Below are positions 40,119 through 49,868 of a stretch of DNA of 64,000 nucleotides, piece after piece. The position numbers and the translations under genes were made by a program. The stretch covers positions 4,262 through 68,261 of the forward strand of contig JBMNRL010000016.1 in NCBI GenBank assembly GCA_050944615.1, read 5' to 3'. Positions within the stretch are counted from its first letter, which is position 1, and every line of letters begins with the position of its first letter. The notes under the pieces were generated by a model. That model had not been told where the DNA came from. It made no database searches and saw only the letters and a list, made by a program, of their open reading frames with translations. This DNA is from Blautia sp. (lineage in GTDB: Bacteria; Bacillota; Clostridia; Lachnospirales; Lachnospiraceae).

Positions 40119-40444
40119 TTTGTCACTCCTTTGTATGTATTACAAGGTAACCCCTATTTTCATTGTCTCCGTTCTATTCTCCATACCTCCTTTCCGATTT
40201 CATACTCCATATCTTAACTGTAAAATGTGTCCATTGTTTGGATAAATTAAAATATTTTTCCAATATTTTTCTAAAAAAATACGAAAATCCGCACCGGAAC
40301 CTGCTTTTGTCAAGGGCTTATATTTTTTATATTTTTCCTAAAATCGTATATTTCCCCAGGGAAGTGAGAATCATTTTATTAAGGCTGACAGGTGCCAAAA
40401 GGCACTTTCACCTTAAGCAAACTTTCACAGGAGGATTCTCAGAA

Positions 40445-41224
40445 ATGGCACTGAATAAAGTTGAAATATGCGGAGTCAATACATCAAAACTGCCCATTTT
40501 AAGCAATGAAGAAAAAACAGATCTTTTTCGCAGAATCAAACAGGGGGAACAGGAAGCCAGAGAATTATATATTAAAGGAAACCTGCGCCTGGTCTTGAGC
40601 GTGATCAAACGTTTTTCAAACAGCAACGAAAATCCGGATGATCTATTCCAGATCGGCTGCATCGGACTGATCAAGGCCATTGACAATTTTGACACCACAT
40701 TGGATGTAAAATTCTCCACCTATGCGGTGCCTATGATCATCGGTGAGATCCGCCGTTACCTAAGAGACAACAACTCCATCCGTGTCAGCCGTTCCTTGCG
40801 AGACATCGCTTATAAGGCCATCTACGCCAAAGAGCAGTACATGAAGGAGCATTCTAAGGAGCCTACCATCAACGAGCTGGCTGAAGAGATCGGCATTGAA
40901 AAGGAAATGATCGTCTACGCCCTGGACGCCATTCAAAGTCCGGTCAGTCTCTACGAGCCAGTCTACACCGAAGGCGGAGACACCCTCTACGTGATGGATC
41001 AGATCAGCGACAAGAAAAACAAGGAAGACCGTTGGATTGAGGACCTTTCCCTAAGACAGGCCATGAACCGGCTGGGCGACCGGGAAAAACACATCATCGA
41101 ACTGCGCTTCTACGAAGGCAAGACCCAGATGGAAGTGGCGAAGGAAATCGGCATTTCCCAAGCCCAGGTCAGCCGCCTGGAGAAAAATGCCCTAAAAACC
41201 ATGCGCGGGTATCTGCGGCCCTAA
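40445..41224 (+). CDS. sigG: RNA polymerase sporulation sigma factor SigG
   Basis: MALNKVEICGVNTSKLP, DLFQIGCIGLIKAIDNFD, GISQAQVSRLEK; start ATG 40445 after GGAGG. Confidence 0.96.
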   Translation: MALNKVEICGVNTSKLPILSNEEKTDLFRRIKQGEQEARELYIKGNLRLVLSVIKRFSNSNENPDDLFQIGCIGLIKAIDNFDTTLDVKFSTYAVPMIIGEIRRYLRDNNSIRVSRSLRDIAYKAIYAKEQYMKEHSKEPTINELAEEIGIEKEMIVYALDAIQSPVSLYEPVYTEGGDTLYVMDQISDKKNKEDRWIEDLSLRQAMNRLGDREKHIIELRFYEGKTQMEVAKEIGISQAQVSRLEKNALKTMRGYLRP

Positions 41225-41323
41225 CGGCACGCAGATAAACAGGCCGCCTGCCTTCCCCTCCGGCAATGCCGTACAAGGGCCAAACAAGCGGCCTTAAAAT
41301 GCCCGTTACCTTTCACAAATCAT

Positions 41324-42796
41324 CTATTCCAAGGCTTTCTCCAAGGCTTCGATGACAATTTTCAACGCCTTGATCCTGGCATATTTCTTATCCACAGATT
41401 CCAAAATATGCCAAGGGGCATAGGTGGTGCTGGTCTTTTGCAGCATCTCATCCACAGCCACCTCATAGTCATCCCATTTTTCCCGGTTTCTCCAATCCTC
41501 ATCGGTGATCTTCCACCGCTTCTCCGGCGTCTTTTCTCTCTCCTGGAACCGTTCCAGCTGCGTGTCCTTATCGATCTGCACCCAGAATTTGATGATGACC
41601 GCACCCCAGTCGTCCAATTCCTTTTCAAATTCATTCATCTCGTTGTACGCCCGCTGCCAGTCATTCTCAGAACAGAAGCCTTCCAGGCGCTCCACCATGA
41701 CCCGGCCATACCAGGTCCGGTCAAAAATTGTGATATGCCCTGTCTTGGGCAGCCTGGTCCAGAACCGCCACAGATAATGTCTGGCTTTCTCATGAGGCTC
41801 AGGGCTCGCAATCGGCTGTACCTCAAAGCCTCTGGGGTCCAAAGCCCCGGTGATCCGTTTGATATTACCGCCTTTTCCGGCCGCGTCCCAGCCTTCATAG
41901 AGGATGATCACCGGCACCTTTTTCCGGTAGATCCGGTTATGGAGCCTGCCCAGCTTCTTCTGCAGCTTGTCCAGCTCCTCTTTGTATTCCTCTTCCTCGA
42001 TGGTCTTCCCTTTCAATTCCACCTGGGAGAGCTTCGGCATCTTCTTCAGCGGAAACAGATTCTGCAGGATCGGCGCGGAAATCTTACTGTTCTGCAATGC
42101 CACCTCAATGCCCCGTACCATAGTCTCCAGCACCTGCAACTGCACCCATTTCTTATCTGTGGCATCCACAATATACCAGGGCGCATTGGGCATATGGGTA
42201 TCCACCAGATATCGGTCAAATACCTTCTGGCACTTCTTATAATGTTCGTTCTGCCAGCGGTCAAAGCTGCTCACCCTCCAAGCAGTGTCTTTATTCGCCG
42301 CCAGCTTATCCAGCCGCTTCTTCTGTTCCTTGGGATCGATCTGGAAAAAGAATTTCAGCACCAGATAGCCATTGTCCGTGAGCTGGCGTTCAAAACGGCG
42401 GATGCTGTCAATGCGTTTGGCATAGGCATCCTTATCCAAATCCCCGCGAAGCACCTCCTTGGTGATCTGCTCCATCCAGCCGGAATCCAAAAAGGTGAAT
42501 TTCCCCTCTTCCGGAATCTGCACAAAATACCGGTACAAGAACGGCTTGCGGCTCTCCTCCTGGGTGGGCTCTGCCAAAGTAGCCACCTTAAAAAACCGTG
42601 GGTCAATATTTTTAATGACCTTTCCAATGGTGCTGCCTTTGCCGGAAGCGCCCCAGCCCTCGAACAAGGCAAGTACCGGCAGCCGGTGTTCCTTTATCTG
42701 CATCTGCAGGGCAAACAGCTTATTTCTGGCCGCCTCCAGACGCTTGGCCAGCTGTTCCTCATCGGGTATTTCCTGTGGTTTGAAATTAATGATCAT
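41324..42796 (-). CDS. ppk2: Two-domain polyphosphate kinase 2 (class II, polyP:AMP phosphotransferase-like)
   Basis: Duplicated PPK2 domains: FEGWGASGKG and YEGWDAAGKGG, FDRTWY, EKRWKIT.EDW; start ATG 42796 after GGAG. Confidence 0.92.
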   Translation of the reverse strand: MIINFKPQEIPDEEQLAKRLEAARNKLFALQMQIKEHRLPVLALFEGWGASGKGSTIGKVIKNIDPRFFKVATLAEPTQEESRKPFLYRYFVQIPEEGKFTFLDSGWMEQITKEVLRGDLDKDAYAKRIDSIRRFERQLTDNGYLVLKFFFQIDPKEQKKRLDKLAANKDTAWRVSSFDRWQNEHYKKCQKVFDRYLVDTHMPNAPWYIVDATDKKWVQLQVLETMVRGIEVALQNSKISAPILQNLFPLKKMPKLSQVELKGKTIEEEEYKEELDKLQKKLGRLHNRIYRKKVPVIILYEGWDAAGKGGNIKRITGALDPRGFEVQPIASPEPHEKARHYLWRFWTRLPKTGHITIFDRTWYGRVMVERLEGFCSENDWQRAYNEMNEFEKELDDWGAVIIKFWVQIDKDTQLERFQEREKTPEKRWKITDEDWRNREKWDDYEVAVDEMLQKTSTTYAPWHILESVDKKYARIKALKIVIEALEKALE

Positions 42797-42959
42797 AGCA
42801 TCACTCCGTTTCTGCAGGTGCGAAAAAGACCTTCCATCACCCGCTCTGACTATTTGCACAAAGCAATAAAAAATGGATTTACATAGTATAGATATTATAT
42901 CACATATCTTCCACCATATAAATCCATTTTCTGAGAATTTTATATTGTTTATTCTGTAA

Positions 42960-44696
42960 TTAGACGATTTGTCCTTTGACCATCTCCTGATACCCTCTGT
43001 TTTGTGCTGCAGGTTCCTGTACCGGAAGGGCCGCATCCTTGCTTTCCCCGGTCTGAGCCTCCGCCAGACGGCTGCAATGATTGCCAATGCTGTCAAAGCA
43101 TTGGAGCAGATTAGAGAATAGCTGGGTCAGCTTTGGATCGCATTTTCCTTTTTTCACCCGGGATAAATGGCTTTTGCGCATCACATGTTCCCGGTTGGCC
43201 GCCTCCAGCCGTTTTTCCACGATGTGGGCAGCCGCATCCGGATTTTTCCCTTGTAAGGCGCCAACCGCCTCCTTGTACATTTCTTCGGTCAAGACCATCA
43301 CAGCCCCCATTTCATCTGCCGCGTCCTTGGAAAACTTATAGGATTTTTCAATCTTTTCCTTCGTGACGCCCGCAATTTCCACGCACCTTTTTCCGATATG
43401 CTCAATATCGTTGATGTCATACATCATCTGTGTGCCCTGTCCCGTCTGGTTTTCCGTCAATGTGCCTGCGGAGAAAAGATTGGATAAAAAGCCGGTGATA
43501 TTTTCCTGGGACTGTTCCACTGATTTCCCCAGCCGGAACACATCCTCCAAAGCCTTCGCATTGTTGTCGAGAATGGATTTCTTCGTCTGAGCCAGCATTT
43601 CCCCTACGCTCTGGGCACAGCGGAACACCTCCTGACTGGCCAGATACAGCGCGAACACAGGCTGATGCATGATCTTGTCATCGATTGGCAATGGATTGGG
43701 AGCCGCCTTGGGCGTCTCGTCCTTGCCGGGAATGATCCACATGACAATTTTCACCATGAGCCAGATCAGCGGCAGCCAGATCAATGTATTGATCACATTG
43801 AACAGCGTATGGGCATTGGCAATCTGCCGGGAGATGATGTCCACCTCTGCACCTGTGGGGGATACCAGCTGTACCAGCTTGGCAAACCACGGAATGATCC
43901 ACATGAACAGGAAAGCTCCGGTGATGTTAAATACGCTGTGGGCCACCGCCGTGCGTTTGGCATTTTTAGACTGTCCGATGCAGGCCAGCAGGGCGGTGAT
44001 CGTCGTGCCGATATTGTCTCCCAAGAGAATGGGAATCGCGCCGGAAAGGCCTAAGATGCTATGTACCCCGTCCGGACCCGCCTGAGATGCAAAATTCTGC
44101 AGAACCGCAATCGTAGCGCTGGAGCTTTGGACAACCAAGGTCATCACCGTCCCCAAAAGCACACCCAGCACCGGAATATCGGATACCCGGGCGATCATTT
44201 CCGTGAACACCGGGCTTGCCGCCAGCGGCTTCATCACAGAGCCCATAGTCTCAATGCCGACAAACAAAAGGCCAAAGGCAAACACCGTCTGTCCCACATT
44301 TTTCAACTGTTCCTTTTTTCCGAAAAAGAACATGACAAATCCGAGAAACAAAATCGGCCAGATATAGTCACTGATGTTAAATGCGATGATCTGCGCGGTC
44401 ATGGTCGTACCGATATTGGCGCCCAGGATTACAGAAATGGCCTGTGGCAGGCTCATCAGGCCGGCGCTGACGAAGCCAATGACCATAACCGTGGTGGCAC
44501 TGGAGCTTTGAAGCACCGCTGTGGTCACTGCCCCGGCCAACACGCCCAGCAGTGGATTTTTCGTGAGGATCCCCAGAATATACTTCATCTTCTCCCCGGC
44601 CGCTTTCTGCAGCCCCTCACTCATCATATTCATTCCATACAGAAACAATGCCAGGCCGCCTAACAGCCCGGTTATGGTTGCCGCTGTCTCATTCAT
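42960..44696 (-). CDS. Na/Pi cotransporter family protein with PhoU-like C-terminal domains
   Basis: GLALFLYGM, QSSSAT twice, GANIGTT/GDNIGTT; helical C-terminus with DIEHIG; start ATG 44696 after AGAGG. Confidence 0.92.
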   Translation of the reverse strand: MNETAATITGLLGGLALFLYGMNMMSEGLQKAAGEKMKYILGILTKNPLLGVLAGAVTTAVLQSSSATTVMVIGFVSAGLMSLPQAISVILGANIGTTMTAQIIAFNISDYIWPILFLGFVMFFFGKKEQLKNVGQTVFAFGLLFVGIETMGSVMKPLAASPVFTEMIARVSDIPVLGVLLGTVMTLVVQSSSATIAVLQNFASQAGPDGVHSILGLSGAIPILLGDNIGTTITALLACIGQSKNAKRTAVAHSVFNITGAFLFMWIIPWFAKLVQLVSPTGAEVDIISRQIANAHTLFNVINTLIWLPLIWLMVKIVMWIIPGKDETPKAAPNPLPIDDKIMHQPVFALYLASQEVFRCAQSVGEMLAQTKKSILDNNAKALEDVFRLGKSVEQSQENITGFLSNLFSAGTLTENQTGQGTQMMYDINDIEHIGKRCVEIAGVTKEKIEKSYKFSKDAADEMGAVMVLTEEMYKEAVGALQGKNPDAAAHIVEKRLEAANREHVMRKSHLSRVKKGKCDPKLTQLFSNLLQCFDSIGNHCSRLAEAQTGESKDAALPVQEPAAQNRGYQEMVKGQIV

Positions 44697-44760
44697 AAGA
44701 TTTTTCCTCTTTCCCAACTTTTTTCTCAGATTTTACTTTTGATTTGTTAAAGTATTCCTA

Positions 44761-44810
44761 TGTCAAAAATCTGCCTTAGCAGGTATTGTCCTGCTAAGGC
44801 AGCCTTGACA
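44761..44810 (-). terminator. Strong hairpin between sigE and the Na/Pi gene (terminator or attenuator)
   Basis: CTGCCTTAGCAGG-N6-CCTGCTAAGGCAG perfect 13-bp stem, extended by TGTCAA/TTGACA, followed by ATTTTT on the minus strand. Confidence 0.65.
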
Positions 44811-44870
44811 CCTGAAACCTAATGGGAATTTACCAAAAAATCTCATGTCCTATCTATCTTACAATGATAA

Positions 44871-44893
44871 AATCTATGTTAAATCTATGTAAA
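44871..44893 (-). promoter_or_regulatory. Putative Pho box
   Basis: TTTACA-TAGAT-TTAACA-TAGAT direct repeat with 11-bp period upstream of a phosphate transporter. Confidence 0.6.
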
Positions 44894-44898
44894 GCGCT

Positions 44899-45639
44899 TT
44901 ACTCATACTTTACGATTTCTTTTTTCAATCTTTTCATGATCCGTTTCTCCAGCCTGGAGATATAGGACTGAGAAATCCCCAGATAATCCGCCACCTCTTT
45001 CTGCGTCTTTTCCTTGCCGTCAGCCCCAGAGAGCCCGAAGCGGAGCTTAATGATGGTCTGTTCCCTGGGTGTGAGCTTGCCGATGGCTTTTTCCAAAAGA
45101 TTCCGCTCTACCTCATGCTCAATGTCCCGGTAAATCACATCCTCGTCAGTACCCAGGATATCGGAAAGCAGCAGTTCATTGCCGTCCCAGTCCACATTCA
45201 GCGGTTCATCGATGGAGACCTCCATCTTCGTTTTGTTGTTCCGCCTCAGATACATCAAAATTTCATTTTCGATGCACCGGGACGCATAGGTGGCAAGCTT
45301 TATTTTCTTCACCGGATTGAAGGTATTGATGGCCTTGATCAGGCCGATGGTGCCGATGGAAATCAGATCCTCCACCCCCACACCGGTGTTGTCAAATTTT
45401 TTGGCAATGTAGACCACCAGCCGGAGATTATGCTCGATGAGCTGTGTGCGGGCTTCCTGAGGCTGGCTGCTGCCCAGCTTCTGGATCATCACCGCCTCTT
45501 TTTCCGGCGCCAGCGGAGCCGGAAGCACCTCTGTTCCCCCGATATAATGGACTTCTCTGGGATTTCGGAACATAACGCCTGGAAATCTGGAAATGACTTG
45601 GATTGGATTGTAACCAAATGCTGCTGCTTTTGAACTCAT
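44899..45639 (-). CDS. sigE: Pro-sigmaE sporulation sigma factor
   Basis: [66 protein letters not shown]. Confidence 0.96.
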   Translation of the reverse strand: MSSKAAAFGYNPIQVISRFPGVMFRNPREVHYIGGTEVLPAPLAPEKEAVMIQKLGSSQPQEARTQLIEHNLRLVVYIAKKFDNTGVGVEDLISIGTIGLIKAINTFNPVKKIKLATYASRCIENEILMYLRRNNKTKMEVSIDEPLNVDWDGNELLLSDILGTDEDVIYRDIEHEVERNLLEKAIGKLTPREQTIIKLRFGLSGADGKEKTQKEVADYLGISQSYISRLEKRIMKRLKKEIVKYE

Positions 45640-45653
45640 AGATGTGACCCCTC

Positions 45654-46511
45654 CTAAATCTTGCGATATAACAATTTGGAATTTAATATCATCTGATACT
45701 CAGCTCCCAAAGCGGAAGGATTCAAAGAAATCGCAACGATTGGATTTGGAATATGAACCACTTCCCGCGGAGTATGAATGCATAAATCCTCTAGTGTGAC
45801 TGCCAATAGCATGCCCTCATTCCCGATCGTCCGATAAGGAAGAAAGTGCGGCTGCAGTTTCGGCAGCGCGGTATATTCCAGCTCCCCTGATTCTTCTTGA
45901 AAGTGCCTTAACCTATCCCACATCTCTTCTGATAAAAGTTCCTCCAATACCTCTTTACCTACAATGGAAACAGGTTTTGCGGACGCCATATCCGTCAGAA
46001 CGTTTCCTGTATCATACAGCCCGTACAGGTCAACGCCGTTTCCGCCGTACCCCAGGCGGACCGGATAAATGTGCTTCCTCTTTATCTGTACATAATCGTA
46101 CCCTATGGAAATACAGGTAAAGAGCAGGTAGCTGCAGGCGGTAAAAAGCAAAAAAGTTTTCAGGTTCATCTCACTTTTGTCAGACATCGCTTCCCAAAAA
46201 CCTCCACATAAAAACGCTGTCAGATACAGCGCCACTATCGCTTTTACCAGCATACTGCCGGTCTTTACTTGACATCCTACCTTCGCCATCAGCACTGCAG
46301 TCAGTCCCTGCAGCAAAATGGACGAAGGAAAGAAGCTATCTGTGGGTAAAAATAAAAGCAGACAGGCCATCAAGGCTCCTATGGCCGCTCCTGCCAGACT
46401 GCGTATCCTGCTGCTTCTGCAGTCCAGGAAACCGCCCACCAGCCGAAGCAGAACATAGTCCATAAAAAGATTCGTCACAAAGACAACATCCAGGTAAATC
46501 TCGTAGTACAC
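45654..46511 (-). CDS. spoIIGA: SigmaE processing peptidase SpoIIGA
   Basis: [21 protein letters not shown], 5 TM segments, aspartic motif YDTGN; probable GTG start at 46511; directly upstream of sigE. Confidence 0.9.
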   Translation of the reverse strand: MYYEIYLDVVFVTNLFMDYVLLRLVGGFLDCRSSRIRSLAGAAIGALMACLLLFLPTDSFFPSSILLQGLTAVLMAKVGCQVKTGSMLVKAIVALYLTAFLCGGFWEAMSDKSEMNLKTFLLFTACSYLLFTCISIGYDYVQIKRKHIYPVRLGYGGNGVDLYGLYDTGNVLTDMASAKPVSIVGKEVLEELLSEEMWDRLRHFQEESGELEYTALPKLQPHFLPYRTIGNEGMLLAVTLEDLCIHTPREVVHIPNPIVAISLNPSALGAEYQMILNSKLLYRKI

Positions 46512-46559
46512 AAAAACCCCCCTATGACCTGTCATTCCTTCACTTTGGTAAGTGAACCC

Positions 46560-46660
46560 ATTATAGGCCATAGGGGGGTATTGTTTTTGTCAAAACCAGT
46601 GTGTCGGTTTTTATAAGTTTTCGAGCGCATTCGACAAAGTTTCCTGCCTTATGTCGACCA
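46560..46660 (-). promoter_or_regulatory. Spo0A-dependent spoIIG promoter with 0A boxes
   Basis: TTGACA (46588-46593)-N22-TATAAT (46560-46565); perfect TGTCGAA at 46630-46636; near-consensus TGTCGAC at 46652 and TGTCGGT at 46602. Confidence 0.75.
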
Positions 46661-46678
46661 AATGCGGGAAATCAGGGA

Positions 46679-47485
46679 TCATTTTTCTCCCAAAGTCCCA
46701 GCCGGCGCATGTTGTCCCGCATGGGAGTCCTTGTGGAAAATCCCCATCAGCTCCCGCAGCTCCTCGATGGGGATCTGTCCCGGCGCAGAAGCCTTGCCCA
46801 CCACGCCAAAGGTGATGGAGGAACCGAACAGCTCTCCGGAAAAACGGCTCAGTCCGCCCATGTCTCCCATGGCCATGGTGACCACCGGTTTCTCGGTGTA
46901 TTCCACTGTCATGTCATTGGTCGCTTCCAAAAGCTCCCACACATCAAACAGTGTCTTGGGCATCACTGCGATCTTTAAAATATCGCCGCCAGCCTTATCC
47001 AGCTTCTGCATGAGCTTGAACAATTCCTTCTTCGGCGGAGCCGCTGTGAAATTGTGGCTGGAGGCGATGACCTTGCCCCCGTTCTCATGGATCCTGTTTA
47101 TCAGGCGCCGCATCTTCCCTTCCTCTGTCAGCGCTTCCACATCGATCAAATCCGCGATCCCAAGTTCTGACACCTTTTGATTGATGTTTACATAATCTTC
47201 TGTCGAAATTTGCAGTTCGCTGCCCTCTCTGGCAGTACGGATCGTAAAAATTATCGGAATTTGTTCTAAAATGCCGGCGATGGTTTTCAGTATATCTTCC
47301 ACTGCTGACTGGTCAAACAGTCCACTAAAAAAGTCCGCTCTCCACTCCGCCATGTCTGCGCCTGCGGCCACCAAAGCCTCCGCCTCCCGGCACAGCTCTT
47401 CTTTATCCACGCCCACCATGGGCACACAGATCTTCGGCAGGCCTTCCCCTACCAATATATTTTTAAGCCTCACTGATCGTGTCAT
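46679..47485 (-). CDS. aroD: Type I 3-dehydroquinate dehydratase
   Basis: PKICVP, EWRADF, FTIRTAREG, IASSHNF, ILKIAVMP, SAPGQI. Confidence 0.93.
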   Translation of the reverse strand: MTRSVRLKNILVGEGLPKICVPMVGVDKEELCREAEALVAAGADMAEWRADFFSGLFDQSAVEDILKTIAGILEQIPIIFTIRTAREGSELQISTEDYVNINQKVSELGIADLIDVEALTEEGKMRRLINRIHENGGKVIASSHNFTAAPPKKELFKLMQKLDKAGGDILKIAVMPKTLFDVWELLEATNDMTVEYTEKPVVTMAMGDMGGLSRFSGELFGSSITFGVVGKASAPGQIPIEELRELMGIFHKDSHAGQHAPAGTLGEK

Positions 47486-47549
47486 AAGTATCTCCTGCTC
47501 CTGTCCGGCGGCAGTTCCAAAGCTATAGCTGCCGCCGGATAAGTGTTCC

Positions 47550-49475
47550 TTAATCTTCTGTTTCTACTTTCCGCACCGTACGGTTTGCAATTTCCTTTTG
47601 GATATCCGCAATGAATGCGTCCAGATCCTTAGAGCCTTCGTCTCCCAAGAAACGGCTTCTCACGGATACTTTGCCTTCTTCCTCTTCCTTGGCGCCTACC
47701 ACCAGCATGTACGGAATCTTCTGCAGACGGGCTTCCCGGATCTTATAGCCGATCTTTTCCGCCTTAGTGTCAATCTCTGCACGGATACCGGCATCGTTTA
47801 ACGCTTTCAGCACTTTTTCCCCGTATGCGGCATATTTGTCAGAAATCGGCAGCACCTTCACCTGCACCGGCGCAAGCCAGGTAGGGAATGCGCCTGCAAA
47901 ATGCTCGATGAGAATTCCGATAAAACGCTCGATGGAACCGAAAGCCACGCGGTGAATCATGATCGGTCTGTGTTTTTCCCCATCTGCGCCGATATATTCC
48001 AGATCAAAACGCAGCGGAAGCTGGAAATCCAGCTGAATGGTACCGCACTGCCAGGTCCTGCCGATGGAATCTTCCAAATGGAAATCGATCTTTGGACCGT
48101 AGAATGCGCCATCGCCTTCATTGACCACATAATCCAATCCCAGGTCATCCAATGCGCCTCTTAGAGCATCGGTAGCCATCTCCCAATCCTCATCACTTCC
48201 CATGCTGTTCTCCGGTCGTGTGGAGAGCTCCACATGATATTTGAAGCCAAACAGCTTATAAACCTCATCGATCAGCCTTGCCACGCCTTTGATCTCCTCG
48301 CGGATCTGCTCCGGCATCATGAAGATATGGGCATCGTCCTGGGTAAAGCAGCGCACCCGCATCAGGCCGTGAAGCTGACCAGATTTCTCATGACGGTGCA
48401 CCAGACCCAGCTCGCCCATGCGCAGCGGCAGATCCCGGTAAGAACGGGGTTCTGCCTGGTAGACCAAAATACCGCCCGGGCAGTTCATCGGTTTGATGGC
48501 AAAATCCTGCTCATCAATCACCGTGGTATACATGTTGTCCTTGTAATGATCCCAATGGCCAGAGGTCTCCCACAGATGGCGGCTGAGCATGATCGGAGTC
48601 GCGATCTCCACATAGCCGTTTTTCTTATGGATCTCTCTCCAATAATCCAACAAGGTGTTCTTCAGCACCATCCCCTTGGGCAGGAAGAACGGGAATCCCG
48701 GCCCTTCTTCACGCATCATGAAGAGCCCCAGCTCTTTGCCCAGCTTTCTGTGGTCACGTTTTTTCGCTTCCTCAATCCTGGCCAGATGCTCGTCTAAATC
48801 CGCTTTTTTTGTAAAAGAAGTGCCGTAAATACGGGTCAGCATCTTATTCTTCTCGCTGCCTCTCCAGTAAGCGCCTGCCAGGCTGGTGAGCTTAAAGGCC
48901 TTCACCGGCTTAGTGCTCATAAGGTGTGGTCCCGCGCACAGATCCACAAATTCACCCTGCTGATAGAAGCTGATCACCGCATCCTCCGGAAGGTCCTGAA
49001 TCAGCTCCACCTTATAAGGCTCGCCTTTTTCTTCCATAAAAGCGATGGCCTCTGCCCTGGGCTTGGTGAACTGCTCAATTTTTAAGTTCTCTTTGACGAT
49101 TTTCTTCATTTCGCCTTCGATCTTCTCCAGATCATCCGCGGTGATCGGCGTCTCGGAGTCCACATCATAGTAAAAACCATCCGCGATGGAGGGACCAATA
49201 GCCAGCTTCACATCCGGATACAGGCGCTTGATGGCCTGGGCCATAATATGGGAGGTGGTGTGATGAAATGCCCCACGGCCGCCCTCATCGTTAAAGGTCA
49301 GGATATTCAGACTGCAGTCCTGATCCACCACTGTCCTTAAATCCACAACCTCTCCGTCCACTTCTCCGGCACAGGCCATCCTGGCCAGTCCCTCGCTGAT
49401 ATCAGCGGCGATCTCATAGACTGATTTTGCTTCCTGGTACTCTTTTACTGAGCCGTCTTTCAATGTAATGATCAT
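47550..49475 (-). CDS. thrS: Threonyl-tRNA synthetase
   Basis: TGS domain, DLCAGPH, RDHRKLG, KPMNCP, HRHE.SG.LHGLMRVR.FTQDDAH, WQCGTIQLDF, HRVAFGSIERF. Confidence 0.98.
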   Translation of the reverse strand: MIITLKDGSVKEYQEAKSVYEIAADISEGLARMACAGEVDGEVVDLRTVVDQDCSLNILTFNDEGGRGAFHHTTSHIMAQAIKRLYPDVKLAIGPSIADGFYYDVDSETPITADDLEKIEGEMKKIVKENLKIEQFTKPRAEAIAFMEEKGEPYKVELIQDLPEDAVISFYQQGEFVDLCAGPHLMSTKPVKAFKLTSLAGAYWRGSEKNKMLTRIYGTSFTKKADLDEHLARIEEAKKRDHRKLGKELGLFMMREEGPGFPFFLPKGMVLKNTLLDYWREIHKKNGYVEIATPIMLSRHLWETSGHWDHYKDNMYTTVIDEQDFAIKPMNCPGGILVYQAEPRSYRDLPLRMGELGLVHRHEKSGQLHGLMRVRCFTQDDAHIFMMPEQIREEIKGVARLIDEVYKLFGFKYHVELSTRPENSMGSDEDWEMATDALRGALDDLGLDYVVNEGDGAFYGPKIDFHLEDSIGRTWQCGTIQLDFQLPLRFDLEYIGADGEKHRPIMIHRVAFGSIERFIGILIEHFAGAFPTWLAPVQVKVLPISDKYAAYGEKVLKALNDAGIRAEIDTKAEKIGYKIREARLQKIPYMLVVGAKEEEEGKVSVRSRFLGDEGSKDLDAFIADIQKEIANRTVRKVETED

Positions 49476-49539
49476 TTCTTTCTCTCCTTTTTATTCATTG
49501 ATATGAATTTTTGTATTTATTAAGATTCGGGTGCCAAAA

Positions 49540-49725
49540 AGGACTCGGACGCAATTTCCTATGACAGAACAAAGTGGGCAAGCCCACCTCAAGCTCCCCC
49601 TCCCCTCAATCTTTGAGGGGCTTGACAGCTTTGCGCGCCAGATGCACTTTCCTCTTGCATCTGTGCGCATCCCGCACGAAGTGCTTTTTTGTTGTATAGG
49701 AAATTTGAAGAACTTTCCTATACAA
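49540..49725 (-). repeat. Mosaic of diverged/partial repeat modules in the thrS leader
   Basis: GGACGCAATTTCCTATGA is identical to 39622-39639 and CCCGCACGAAGTGC to 9521-9534; TTGTATAGGAAA..TTTCCTATACAA hairpin; extra GTGGGC/GCCCAC, CCCCTCAA/TTGAGGGG and CAGATGCA/TGCATCTG hairpins. Confidence 0.75.
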
Positions 49726-49868
49726 CAAGAAAGAATCCTGCTCGCAGGATTCTCCGCCTGCGGCGGGTCGCATAAGCGGCATTCTTCCCTTCCGCCGCAG
49801 TGCGATCCTGCACGGAGTGCTTTTTTATTGTATAGGAAATTCGAAGAACTTTCCTATACAATAAAAAA
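49726..49868 (-). repeat. Full copy of the terminator-associated palindromic repeat
   Basis: Near-identical to 27934-28075; begins in the U-tract of the T-box terminator. Confidence 0.9.

Noticed and set aside
40163-40444. N-terminal extension of sigG in the ORF track
   Set aside because: AT-rich intergenic sequence; the conserved SigG start and RBS are at 40445
41408-42886. 492-aa plus-strand ORF
   Set aside because: Antisense shadow of ppk2
44751-44770. TTCCTATG next to the 44771 hairpin as a repeat remnant
   Set aside because: An 8-nt match is too short to distinguish from chance
27934-49868. Interpretation of the repeats as a CRISPR array
   Set aside because: Copies are dispersed, not regularly spaced with unique spacers, and no cas genes are present
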